From an uncultured Candidatus Binatia bacterium (GTDB lineage Bacteria > Desulfobacterota > Binatia > HRBIN30): a DNA stretch of 64,000 bases. The stretch's first letter is position 1. Each line of letters begins with the position of its first letter. The stretch is from the NCBI GenBank assembly GCA_964534275.1, contig CAZHQG010000002.1:140243-204242 (forward strand), given 5' to 3'. Below are positions 29,729 through 37,886 of this stretch, piece after piece. The notes under the pieces are model-generated. The model was not told where the DNA came from and did not search any database. It saw only the letters and a program-made list of their open reading frames with translations. A program made the translations under genes and the position numbers.

Positions 29729-30892
29729 TCACCGAATCGGATAGTGATAGCCTAAGTCCACCGCGCCAATTTTTACGCAGTCGTTTTCCGTGCCCGGGAC
29801 GCAACCGGGGGGGCAGCAGCCCGCGCCAATGCAATCCGGCTTGTTGTCCACTTGCGTGGTACGCTGCGCGAGGAGGGCGACAAGTTCAGGGTCTGTATCG
29901 GGGTCCCCTGCGTCCATGATCGCGCTTCCGCCACGGCATTCGTCATCCGTTCCGGGAATGCGGAAACCGTTCTGGTTCCCTGGATCCAGCCAAAATGGGT
30001 CTACGTTCAGGTCGTGCGGACCAGCGCTGGCGTTGAAAAAGCCGTCACGATTGAGGTTGTAGTCGCCGTCGAACCCAACAGTGGAGCTATCCACGGTAAT
30101 TCCCCGCGGCGTGTTGCCGACGAAGATATTGTTCCGTGCCAGAATCGCTTCCGAAGGTCGGCCAGATTCGTCGCTAGCCATGACCAGGCCGTTGCCCCGA
30201 TTTGCGTAAAATGTGTTGTTCACGACCGCGACGTTGCTGGAGGCGAGCAGCGACACACCGGGCCCGCCATTGCGAAGGATGAGATTGTTCCAGATGCGCG
30301 TACCAGCCGCACGGAGCAGCCGTATGCCGTCGCGGGAATTTTCCCGTACGATCGAGTTGCGAATCGTGACGGCATTCCCCTCGCGGATTTCGATACCGGC
30401 GCGCGTTGCCCCACGCACGGTAAACCCGTCGACGGTGAGCCCGTCCACTCCTTCCAGCGAGATCCCTGTGGCTGCGCCGGCGGCGTTGATCACCACCTCG
30501 CCAGCGGGAAAACCGGTGAGCTGACCAGTCACGTCGGCCACCACGGTAATCGGGCCGTTCAAGTCGCTCGCTGTCACGCGGAACGGTGCGTACACTCCTG
30601 CAGGTACAGCGACCACGGCTCCAGGAGGAGCAACGCGAATGGATTCTACGATGCCGCGGCTTCCTGGCTGAACTTGGACAGGAGTTTGCGTGGGAGTCGG
30701 CGAGGGTGGAGCAACCGTGCGGGTCGGGGTGAACGTCGGCTCCCCAGGGCGCAACGTACGCGTCGGCGTGCGGGTAGGCGTGCCGGGCGTAACCGCGGGT
30801 CCGCCGTTGCCTCCCCCTCCGCACCCCGACGTAGTGACGAGTACAAACCCAAAGACGCACAGTGCAGTAAGCGACAAGCTCCGTAGCGGCAT
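29729..30892 (-). CDS. Lipoprotein with right-handed parallel beta-helix repeats (NosD/pectate-lyase-fold) and Cys-rich C-terminus
   Basis: ATG at 30892. The lipobox is LVTTSGCGGGG. A Pro/Thr-rich linker is followed by repeated N-rich beta-helix turns (IRNSIVRENSRDGIRL.., NNLILRNGGPGVSL.., NNTFYANRGNGLV..). The C-terminus has 8 Cys. Confidence 0.7.
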   Translation of the reverse strand: MPLRSLSLTALCVFGFVLVTTSGCGGGGNGGPAVTPGTPTRTPTRTLRPGEPTFTPTRTVAPPSPTPTQTPVQVQPGSRGIVESIRVAPPGAVVAVPAGVYAPFRVTASDLNGPITVVADVTGQLTGFPAGEVVINAAGAATGISLEGVDGLTVDGFTVRGATRAGIEIREGNAVTIRNSIVRENSRDGIRLLRAAGTRIWNNLILRNGGPGVSLLASSNVAVVNNTFYANRGNGLVMASDESGRPSEAILARNNIFVGNTPRGITVDSSTVGFDGDYNLNRDGFFNASAGPHDLNVDPFWLDPGNQNGFRIPGTDDECRGGSAIMDAGDPDTDPELVALLAQRTTQVDNKPDCIGAGCCPPGCVPGTENDCVKIGAVDLGYHYPIR

Positions 30893-31013
30893 GCGCCAAT
30901 CCTTTCCCGAGGCAAGATGCACGGCCCCGTTTAGCCACACGAACCGCAAGATGTCCACCGCCGTTTGCAAGTGGATTCCTCGGCCGTGCCCGAAGGGTTC
31001 CGGAAGGGACGAG

Positions 31014-31502
31014 TTACGCTGGGGCAGTTCGGGGCCGGATCATGTATGTCGTGGTTGCACGCGCTGCAAGTTGGCCCGCTGCCCAAATATCGACTTCGGC
31101 ATATGCGCTACGCTTGCTTGCCCGCAGTACGAAGGCCTCGGCGGTGACCAAACCAGGAGGAATGGGCTCGAGGTAGTTGATCTTCATTTCGATCGTCAGA
31201 AGCAACGTGCCCTCTTCGTACAGAGTTGCCAAAGCAGCTGCTACGGCGGTGTCCGCCAGCCCGAAACTGGCCCCACCGTGCATCACGCCTGCCGGCTGCA
31301 TCAGTTCGAGTCGGTTTTGGACTTCCAACCGGGCGTAGCCTTGGCGAAGTTCGACCACGCGGATTCCTAAGTGGCCGGGAAAGAAGCGGTTGTCTTCGTT
31401 GAACCGGGTCGAAATGAGGCGTGCCCGCTCGGGATCGAGGGGCGGATAGTCGTGGCCGTGATTGCCAGACCTTAGTCGCTCTCCGATACGAATATGCGCC
31501 AT
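31014..31502 (-). CDS. PaaI/4HBT-family hotdog thioesterase
   Basis: ATG at 31502 (MAHIRIGERL...). The hotdog motif GVMHGGASFGLADTAV is present. Confidence 0.8.
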   Translation of the reverse strand: MAHIRIGERLRSGNHGHDYPPLDPERARLISTRFNEDNRFFPGHLGIRVVELRQGYARLEVQNRLELMQPAGVMHGGASFGLADTAVAAALATLYEEGTLLLTIEMKINYLEPIPPGLVTAEAFVLRASKRSAYAEVDIWAAGQLAARATTTYMIRPRTAPA

Positions 31503-31786
31503 GCGTACGTGCCTATCTTGCGACAAGGCTTGGGTCCAGCCAGGGGCTGCTGCAGGCCCGGAGGACCAGACGCGAGCGAGCCATGACGGGCGCGAGGCTC
31601 CTACCAGGAGGGCGCCCGAAGCCGACCGTGAGGACGGGCACACGAGTCGGACCAGGGGACCTCGTTCGAGGCAAGATTGCAAAGGAAGAACTTTGTCCGT
31701 TCCGTGCAATTCGAAGGATTTGCTTGACAAGGCGGCCGAAGTCGTTTACCGAACCACTCCTGTCAGAATTGATTTGGAAATCCGAT

Positions 31787-31873
31787 ATGCACGTCTTTCG
31801 CAAAGCACGGGAATTGGGTCTGCTTCTGGGGCTGTTGCTTCCTTGCCCGCCCGGTGCGTCTGCGGGGACGTGA
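31787..31873 (+). CDS. Leucine-rich leader peptide (28 aa, 7 Leu in a 9-residue run) of the leu operon attenuator
   Basis: It encodes MHVFRKARELGLLLGLLLPCPPGASAGT*. The Leu codons are ttg ctg ctt ctg ctg ttg ctt. It sits 130 bp upstream of leuA and is followed by a perfect terminator hairpin. Confidence 0.6.
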   Translation: MHVFRKARELGLLLGLLLPCPPGASAGT

Positions 31874-31896
31874 GTCAGGATTACGGAACCGCAAGG

Positions 31897-31936
31897 CGCC
31901 ACGGGCGGGAATCGCTGCCCGTGGCGTTTTTATTTT
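31897..31936 (+). terminator. Intrinsic terminator / attenuator hairpin of the leu leader
   Basis: The perfect 10-bp stem is CGCCACGGGC (31897-31906) / GCCCGTGGCG (31917-31926) with a 10-nt loop. It is followed by TTTTTATTTT. The leader segment CCCGCCCG (31844-31851) can alternatively pair with CGGGCGGG (31902-31909). Confidence 0.65.
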
Positions 31937-32005
31937 CGCCGCGAGCAGCTCCCTCCGGTGGCGTCGATGGAAAGGAAACCACGGAATCGAGAAGGGAGTG
32001 AAACC

Positions 32006-33559
32006 ATGAGAGAACATCAAGCGGATGTGGTGAGGATCTTCGATACCACGCTACGCGATGGCGAACAGTCGCCTGGTGCCAGCATGAATGTGGAGGAAAA
32101 GGTGTTGGTGGCCCGGCAGCTCGAGCGCCTGGGCGTGGACGTCATCGAGGCTGGCTTTGCCGCTTCGTCGCCCGGCGATTTCGAGGCAGTCGCGAAAGTG
32201 GCGGAAACCGTGACGCAGCCGGTGGTGTTAAGCCTGGCGCGCACGCGGGAGAACGACATCGTGCAAGCAATCCGCGCGGTGGAAAAGGCTCGCAACCCGG
32301 GTATTCACGTGTTCATTGCCACCTCCGACCTGCACCTCGAACGGAAGCTGATGATGAGCCGACAGGAAGTGTTGGACGCCGCCTGCTGGGCCGTGGAGTA
32401 TTGCCGAAAGCACCTGGACTACGTGGAATTCTCGGCTGAAGATGCGTCACGGTCGGACCCCGAATACCTCGTCCAAGTCTTTGGCGAAGTGATTCGTTGC
32501 GGTGCCCGGGTGGTGAACGTGCCCGACACGACCGGCTATGCGATTCCGGAGGAGTTCGGTGCTCTCTTTCGGTACCTGATTGCGAATACTCCGGGAAGCG
32601 ACCGGGTGGTTTGGAGCGCTCATTGTCACAACGACCTGGGCATGGCAGTGGCGAACTCCCTGGCTGCTGTTCGCAACGGTGCGCGGCAAGTGGAGTGTAC
32701 GGTGAATGGAATTGGCGAACGCGCTGGCAACACCTCGTTGGAAGAGGTGGTGATGGCGATCCACACGCGCAGCGACTTCTTCAAGCTGCGCACGAACATC
32801 GTGACGGAGCAAATTTACCCCGCTAGCCGTTTGCTAGCGCAAGTTACCGGGCTGGTGGTTCCGGCAAACAAGCCCATCGTTGGCGACAACGCGTTTGCCC
32901 ACGAGGCCGGGATCCATCAGGATGGAGTGCTGAAGGACAAGCAAACCTACGAAATCATGCGCCCGGAATCGATTGGTTTGCCGAGCAACAAGCTCGTGCT
33001 GGGCAAGCATTCTGGCCGGCACGCGTTTGCGCAGCGGCTCAAAGAGTTGGGGGTCGACTTGTATGGCGTGGACATGAACAAGGCCTTTGCCAAGTTCAAG
33101 GAACTCGCCGACCGGAAGAAGTTCGTGTACGACGAAGACATCCTCGCCATCGTTACCGAAGAAGCGGTGCGCGGACCGGACTACCTCGAGTTGCTGCACC
33201 TAGAGGTCAGTGCGGGCACCAACTCCGTACCCAAAGCGGTGGTGCGGCTGCGCGTGGATGGTACGGAAAAAGAGGGTGCGGCCCATGGGGACGGGATGGT
33301 GGACGCGTGTTTCAAGGCGATTTCCGACTTGGTCGGCGTGCACCCGCGGCTCGAGCGATATGCAGTAAAAGCCATTACCGGCGGTACCGATGCGCTGGGT
33401 GAAGTTTCGTGCCTCATTAGCTTGAACGGGGTGACCGCCACAGGGCAAGGAGCACACACGGACATTGTGCACGCCAGTGCCTTGGCCTATGTGAACGCGC
33501 TCAACAAAGTTCAGAATCGCCGCACGCGATACCGCCAAATTTCTGGCGAAGAGCCGTGA
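32006..33559 (+). CDS. leuA: 2-isopropylmalate synthase (with C-terminal LeuA allosteric domain)
   Basis: The motifs LRDGEQ and HCHNDLGMAVANSLAAV and a C-terminal regulatory domain are present. The RBS GGGAGTG is upstream. Confidence 0.95.
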   Translation: MREHQADVVRIFDTTLRDGEQSPGASMNVEEKVLVARQLERLGVDVIEAGFAASSPGDFEAVAKVAETVTQPVVLSLARTRENDIVQAIRAVEKARNPGIHVFIATSDLHLERKLMMSRQEVLDAACWAVEYCRKHLDYVEFSAEDASRSDPEYLVQVFGEVIRCGARVVNVPDTTGYAIPEEFGALFRYLIANTPGSDRVVWSAHCHNDLGMAVANSLAAVRNGARQVECTVNGIGERAGNTSLEEVVMAIHTRSDFFKLRTNIVTEQIYPASRLLAQVTGLVVPANKPIVGDNAFAHEAGIHQDGVLKDKQTYEIMRPESIGLPSNKLVLGKHSGRHAFAQRLKELGVDLYGVDMNKAFAKFKELADRKKFVYDEDILAIVTEEAVRGPDYLELLHLEVSAGTNSVPKAVVRLRVDGTEKEGAAHGDGMVDACFKAISDLVGVHPRLERYAVKAITGGTDALGEVSCLISLNGVTATGQGAHTDIVHASALAYVNALNKVQNRRTRYRQISGEEP

Positions 33560-33582
33560 GGTGAGTCTGCTGAGGGAGAGAG

Positions 33583-34686
33583 TTGGTGCGCGTTTTAGTA
33601 TTGCCGGGAGACGGGATTGGTCCGGAAGTGACAGCTCAGGCACAGCGGGTACTGGAACGCTGTGCCGAGCTGTTTGGCTTGAGCCTGGAGTTCGATACCG
33701 CGGTTGTGGGTGGAGCGGCGATCGACCGTACTGGCACGGCCCTGCCGAGCGAAACGTTGAAGTTGGCGCTCGACAGCGACGCGGTGTTGCTGGGCGCTGT
33801 GGGTGGCCCGAAATGGGACGACCCGCAGGCGAAAGTCCGCCCGGAACAAGCGCTGCTCGGGTTGCGCAAAGAGCTGGGCTTGTATGCCAACCTGCGTCCG
33901 GTACGCCCCGTTCCTGAGCTTCTCGATGCCTCGCCGTTGAAACCAGACGTCTTGCGAGGGGTCGATTTAGTCGTGGTGCGCGAGCTCACGGGCGGAATTT
34001 ATTTTGGCCAGCCAAGCGAGCGTCGCGTGGGCGCGAACGGACGTGAGGCCGTGGACACCATGGCTTACAACGAGCACGAGATTGCCCGGTTGCTGCACAC
34101 CGCCTTTGGGCTTGCGCGACAACGGCGCCGCCGGCTGACGTCGGTCGATAAGGCAAACGTATTGTCCTCGTCGCGGTTGTGGCGCGAGGTGGCACACGAA
34201 GTCCGGAGGGAGTACCCCGACGTGAGCTACGAGGATGTGCTCGTGGATGCCATGGCCATGCATCTGTTGCGCCGCCCCCGCGACTTCGATGTGATCGCTA
34301 CGGAAAACTTGTTTGGCGACATCCTTACGGACGAAGCTTCGATGCTGGCTGGTTCCATGGGCTTGCTGCCTTCGGCTTCTCTGGGGGAGGCGCGCAACCG
34401 TTTGGGGTATCCACGCGGTCTGTACGAACCGATTCATGGCAGCGCTCCGGACATTGCGGGGCAAAACAAAGCCAATCCGTTGGCGGCGATTCTTTCTGCC
34501 GCGATGTTGCTGCGGCACTCCCTCGGGCACGAGGCTGCGGCATGCGCAGTGGAGAGCGCCGTCGCCCGCGTGCTCGCAGACGGGTTGCGCACTCCGGATA
34601 TCCAGCAACGAGGCTGCCGCCTGGTGGGATGCGAGGAAATGGGCGCTGCTGTAGTCGGCGCGCTCGAGGCACTGCCCCGAGAATGA
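33583..34686 (+). CDS. leuB: 3-isopropylmalate dehydrogenase
   Basis: The N-terminus [15 protein letters not shown] and the IPMDH/IDH family core are present. The start is TTG 33583 or GTG 33586. The RBS GAGGGAGAGAG is upstream. Confidence 0.95.
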   Translation: MVRVLVLPGDGIGPEVTAQAQRVLERCAELFGLSLEFDTAVVGGAAIDRTGTALPSETLKLALDSDAVLLGAVGGPKWDDPQAKVRPEQALLGLRKELGLYANLRPVRPVPELLDASPLKPDVLRGVDLVVVRELTGGIYFGQPSERRVGANGREAVDTMAYNEHEIARLLHTAFGLARQRRRRLTSVDKANVLSSSRLWREVAHEVRREYPDVSYEDVLVDAMAMHLLRRPRDFDVIATENLFGDILTDEASMLAGSMGLLPSASLGEARNRLGYPRGLYEPIHGSAPDIAGQNKANPLAAILSAAMLLRHSLGHEAAACAVESAVARVLADGLRTPDIQQRGCRLVGCEEMGAAVVGALEALPRE

Positions 34687-35717
34687 GAAAGTCGCAGTAC
34701 AACGTCGCCATCATTGGCGCCACTGGCACTGTGGGGCGCGAGCTGGTGGCAGTTCTCGACCAACGTGGCTTCCCTCTGGGCTCTTTGCGATTGTTTGCCA
34801 GCGCGGCCTCGGCCGGTGACGAAAACGAGGTGGCCGGCGTGAGGATCGAAGAGCTCACGGGCGACACGAGGCTCAAGGACACGGATTTGGTGTTCCTCGC
34901 ATGCCAAGAAACGGTAGCGCGCGTGTGGCGTAGCCGTGCCCTCGAGGCTGGGGCGTTCGTGATCGACTTAGGCGCGGGCAATGCTGGTGCTCCATCCATG
35001 CCGCTTGTGGTACCGGAGGTGAACGCCGCAGCGCTGGCGCGCGTGCGCGAAGGGCGCCTCGTTGGCAGCCCCGACCCTGCCGCGATCGCGTTAGCGGTGG
35101 TGCTGGGTGCAGTGAGTCAGATCGTTGCAATCCGCGACGTTGTCGCAACCGTGCTCGACCCCGTTTCGTTGGCTGGGCGTCAGGGAATCGAGGTTCTGGA
35201 GCAGGAGCTGTACGACTTGCTGAACGGTCGAGAACCAGCTCCGCCGCGGATTTTTTCTCAGCGGATCGCCTTTAACGTCGTTCCCGATGTGGGCGGGGGC
35301 ACGGCAACCCTAGAAACTCGCGGGGAGCAGGTGTTGCGAGAGCACGTGCGCTTGCTGCTCGGGGACCCTGGACTTCCGGTGCACGCGACTCGTGTGCAAG
35401 TTCCCGTGTTTTTTGGGCTCTCGATTGCGGTCGAACTGCGGCTCGCGCGATCGGTGACCGTGCACGAAATCGAGTCTCACTTACAGTCGGCTCCTGGCGT
35501 CTTGCTCGTCGCATCGGGAGGCGAGGTGCAAGGTGCACCGCTGCCGTTGCCAACGCCCGCAACGGTCATGGGCAGCGATGCCACGCACGTCGCGCGTGTG
35601 CGGGTAGATCCCGAGGTCCCCTCGGTGGCTTGCTGGCTGGCAATCGACAATACCCGCAAAGGGTCGGCAACGAACGCGGTGCAAATTGCCGAGTTGTTGG
35701 TTCGCGACTACCTGTGA
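34683..35717 (+). CDS. usg: Aspartate-semialdehyde dehydrogenase homolog (USG-1-like) lacking the catalytic Cys and His
   Basis: ATG overlaps the leuB stop (ATGA). NAD(P) motif [11 protein letters not shown]. Asd-like throughout. The segment [10 protein letters not shown] aligns to Asd GIIANPNCSTIQ with Cys replaced by Pro. The segment [11 protein letters not shown] aligns to VPV(F/Y)YGHAEAV with His replaced by Leu. The C-terminus [19 protein letters not shown] is Asd/USG-like. Confidence 0.8.
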   Translation: MRKSQYNVAIIGATGTVGRELVAVLDQRGFPLGSLRLFASAASAGDENEVAGVRIEELTGDTRLKDTDLVFLACQETVARVWRSRALEAGAFVIDLGAGNAGAPSMPLVVPEVNAAALARVREGRLVGSPDPAAIALAVVLGAVSQIVAIRDVVATVLDPVSLAGRQGIEVLEQELYDLLNGREPAPPRIFSQRIAFNVVPDVGGGTATLETRGEQVLREHVRLLLGDPGLPVHATRVQVPVFFGLSIAVELRLARSVTVHEIESHLQSAPGVLLVASGGEVQGAPLPLPTPATVMGSDATHVARVRVDPEVPSVACWLAIDNTRKGSATNAVQIAELLVRDYL

Positions 35718-35723
35718 GCGCGC

Positions 35724-36542
35724 ATGCGCTACAAGTTGCTCGTCCAGTACGAGGGCACTGCGTATTTGGGTTGGCAAGTACAGCCGCATGGCCGGACGAT
35801 TCAGGGTGAATTCGAGCGTGCCTTGCGGAACCTCACCGGCGGGGCGGTCCGCGTTGCCGCGGCTGGGCGTACGGATGCTGGTGTGCACGCCTCCGGCCAG
35901 GTGGTGAGTTTTTCCCTCGACCGCGCTTGGGCGCCGGAGGTCCTAGCCCGGGCACTCGACGCCATCACGCCGGCGGACATTGCCGTGTTGCAAGCGGAAG
36001 TGGTACCCGACGATTTCGATCCGCGAAGGTGGGCACTAAGCCGCACGTACACGTACCGCATTTGGAACCACAGGGTAGGTTCTCCGTTTTGGCGACGTTA
36101 CGCGTGGCACGTTCCATACCGGCTCGACATCGCGGCGATGCAGGACGCGGCTGCGGTGCTGTGTGGCGAGCACGATTTTGCTGCGTTCCGCGCTGCTGGC
36201 TGTGCGGCAGCTCACTCGCGCCGGCAGGTGCTGCAGAGCACCTGGATCGGGCAGGGACCCTTACTCGTGTACTCCATCGAGGCGAACGGTTTTTTGCGCC
36301 ACATGGTGCGGAACGTAGTGGGCACCTTGGTAGAAGTCGGAAGCGGCAAGCGTTCCCCGGACGATATGCGGCGCCTGCTTGCGGCGAAGGACCGTACGCT
36401 AGCCGGGCCGACTGCCCCAGCACATGGGTTGTGCCTTTCGCGGGTCCGCTATCCCGATCCTCTCGTTCGCCCGGGACAAAAGAACGGCGCCCAGCTACGG
36501 GAGGTCACCGAGCCAGGCGCCGACACAGACGACGTTTCCTAG
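35724..36542 (+). CDS. truA: tRNA pseudouridine(38-40) synthase
   Basis: The N-terminus MRYKLLVQYEGTAYLGWQVQP and the catalytic Asp region AAAGRTDAGVHA are present. Confidence 0.9.
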   Translation: MRYKLLVQYEGTAYLGWQVQPHGRTIQGEFERALRNLTGGAVRVAAAGRTDAGVHASGQVVSFSLDRAWAPEVLARALDAITPADIAVLQAEVVPDDFDPRRWALSRTYTYRIWNHRVGSPFWRRYAWHVPYRLDIAAMQDAAAVLCGEHDFAAFRAAGCAAAHSRRQVLQSTWIGQGPLLVYSIEANGFLRHMVRNVVGTLVEVGSGKRSPDDMRRLLAAKDRTLAGPTAPAHGLCLSRVRYPDPLVRPGQKNGAQLREVTEPGADTDDVS

Positions 36543-36569
36543 CCTAGTTGCTCAGGCAGTTCCGGTTGC

Positions 36570-37415
36570 TCACAGGGTGTAGGCGATTCCCAGAGCGATG
36601 CCCCAGTCGGTGGCGGCGTCCGTGCCGCCTACCATTCCGGTGGGCCGGACGATCAAGCGGTCCGAAAAATACATATCCACGCCAGGCCACACCGTGAGGT
36701 CGACGTTGCGGAAGCCGCCTTGGTGGAACACCCGCAACACTGCTTCGCCGCGGAGCGTGTAAAAATCGTTGCCTTTGAGAAACAAAGATAGGCTCGTGTT
36801 GAAGACATCGGGAACATCGCCAGTGAAAAACTGGTATCCCAGGTGGCCACCGAGTCCAATGCGCCCCCAGGTGACCCGACTTGAGACGAACGGGTTCAGT
36901 CCGACCTCGTCCGTACCGAAGTCCTTGCTCTTGCTTCCGGACGGAACGGAAACTTGCACGCCCGCGCCCCAACGCATGATGTCCATCACAGGCTGGGTAA
37001 ACTTGCCGTAAAGTTGGACGTCACCCATGTCTTCTTTGGTGCTCTTTTGGCCAGCGACGGTGCGCGACTCGATGTAACCAGGCAAAAGAAAACCAACTTC
37101 CGCGTTCTTGGACAAACCATAGGACCCGAGCAAATTGAAAATTCCGCCGTCGGTGCTGATTTCCTTTCGGGCAATTGCCGGTGGCTTCGGAATGCGGAAA
37201 CCGATCAAGTTGAACCTTGCCCCCGGATCGTCTTGAACTTTGATCCCTTGGACTTCGAGCCGGAACCGTCCCTCGTCCACCGTGGCTGCATCGATCGTGA
37301 ATGTCCGGAAGGTTCGCTCGTGTCCGGAAAGCTCCACCGCCCGCGCGTGGGATGCCACGGCCATTGCCGCCGCGATCAGCCCGATCCCAATCCTCCGCCT
37401 GATTGCATCACCCAT
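36570..37415 (-). CDS. Outer-membrane beta-barrel protein (MetA-pathway/OmpW-like size class)
   Basis: The signal peptide is MGDAIRRRIGIGLIAAAMAVASHA. Amphipathic beta-strands alternate throughout. The C-terminus has an aromatic residue near the end (GIAYTL). Confidence 0.65.
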   Translation of the reverse strand: MGDAIRRRIGIGLIAAAMAVASHARAVELSGHERTFRTFTIDAATVDEGRFRLEVQGIKVQDDPGARFNLIGFRIPKPPAIARKEISTDGGIFNLLGSYGLSKNAEVGFLLPGYIESRTVAGQKSTKEDMGDVQLYGKFTQPVMDIMRWGAGVQVSVPSGSKSKDFGTDEVGLNPFVSSRVTWGRIGLGGHLGYQFFTGDVPDVFNTSLSLFLKGNDFYTLRGEAVLRVFHQGGFRNVDLTVWPGVDMYFSDRLIVRPTGMVGGTDAATDWGIALGIAYTL

Positions 37416-37886
37416 CGCTTCCCCTCCTTGTCACCTGGGCCGTGAACCCGGAGAGTGTGCTCTCGGACTCCTCGGCCGTTCGATTTGGTTGGCGATGCTA
37501 CGTCGCCGCCCGCGAAAATGTCAAGCGTTGGCTGCCGCTTTGTAGCTGGAACGGGCTCCCGACTCCGCAACGACCACACGGGAAGTATGGGTCCGCCCAC
37601 GAAATCAGGGCACTTGTGACCACGCTGAGCCATCGAACCGGCACCTCGGACCCTGAGTGGTCCCCTTGCAGCAATGGCTCCGGAGCGACCCGTGCGCTGT
37701 AAACGTATTTGTTAGGGCCGGGTCTGCTCGCCGGCCGGCGGTACTGGTGTAGCCATCGTCGTGCCCGTCGAGGCTCGAGACCGCCTGCCGGACGGCGCGG
37801 GCCGGCTCCGTGGATTCGCACCTTCGGGTGGCTGGATCTCTGAGTGTGCTGGAAACGAAGCTCGCGAGAGGAGCGGCCGTGCAGCG

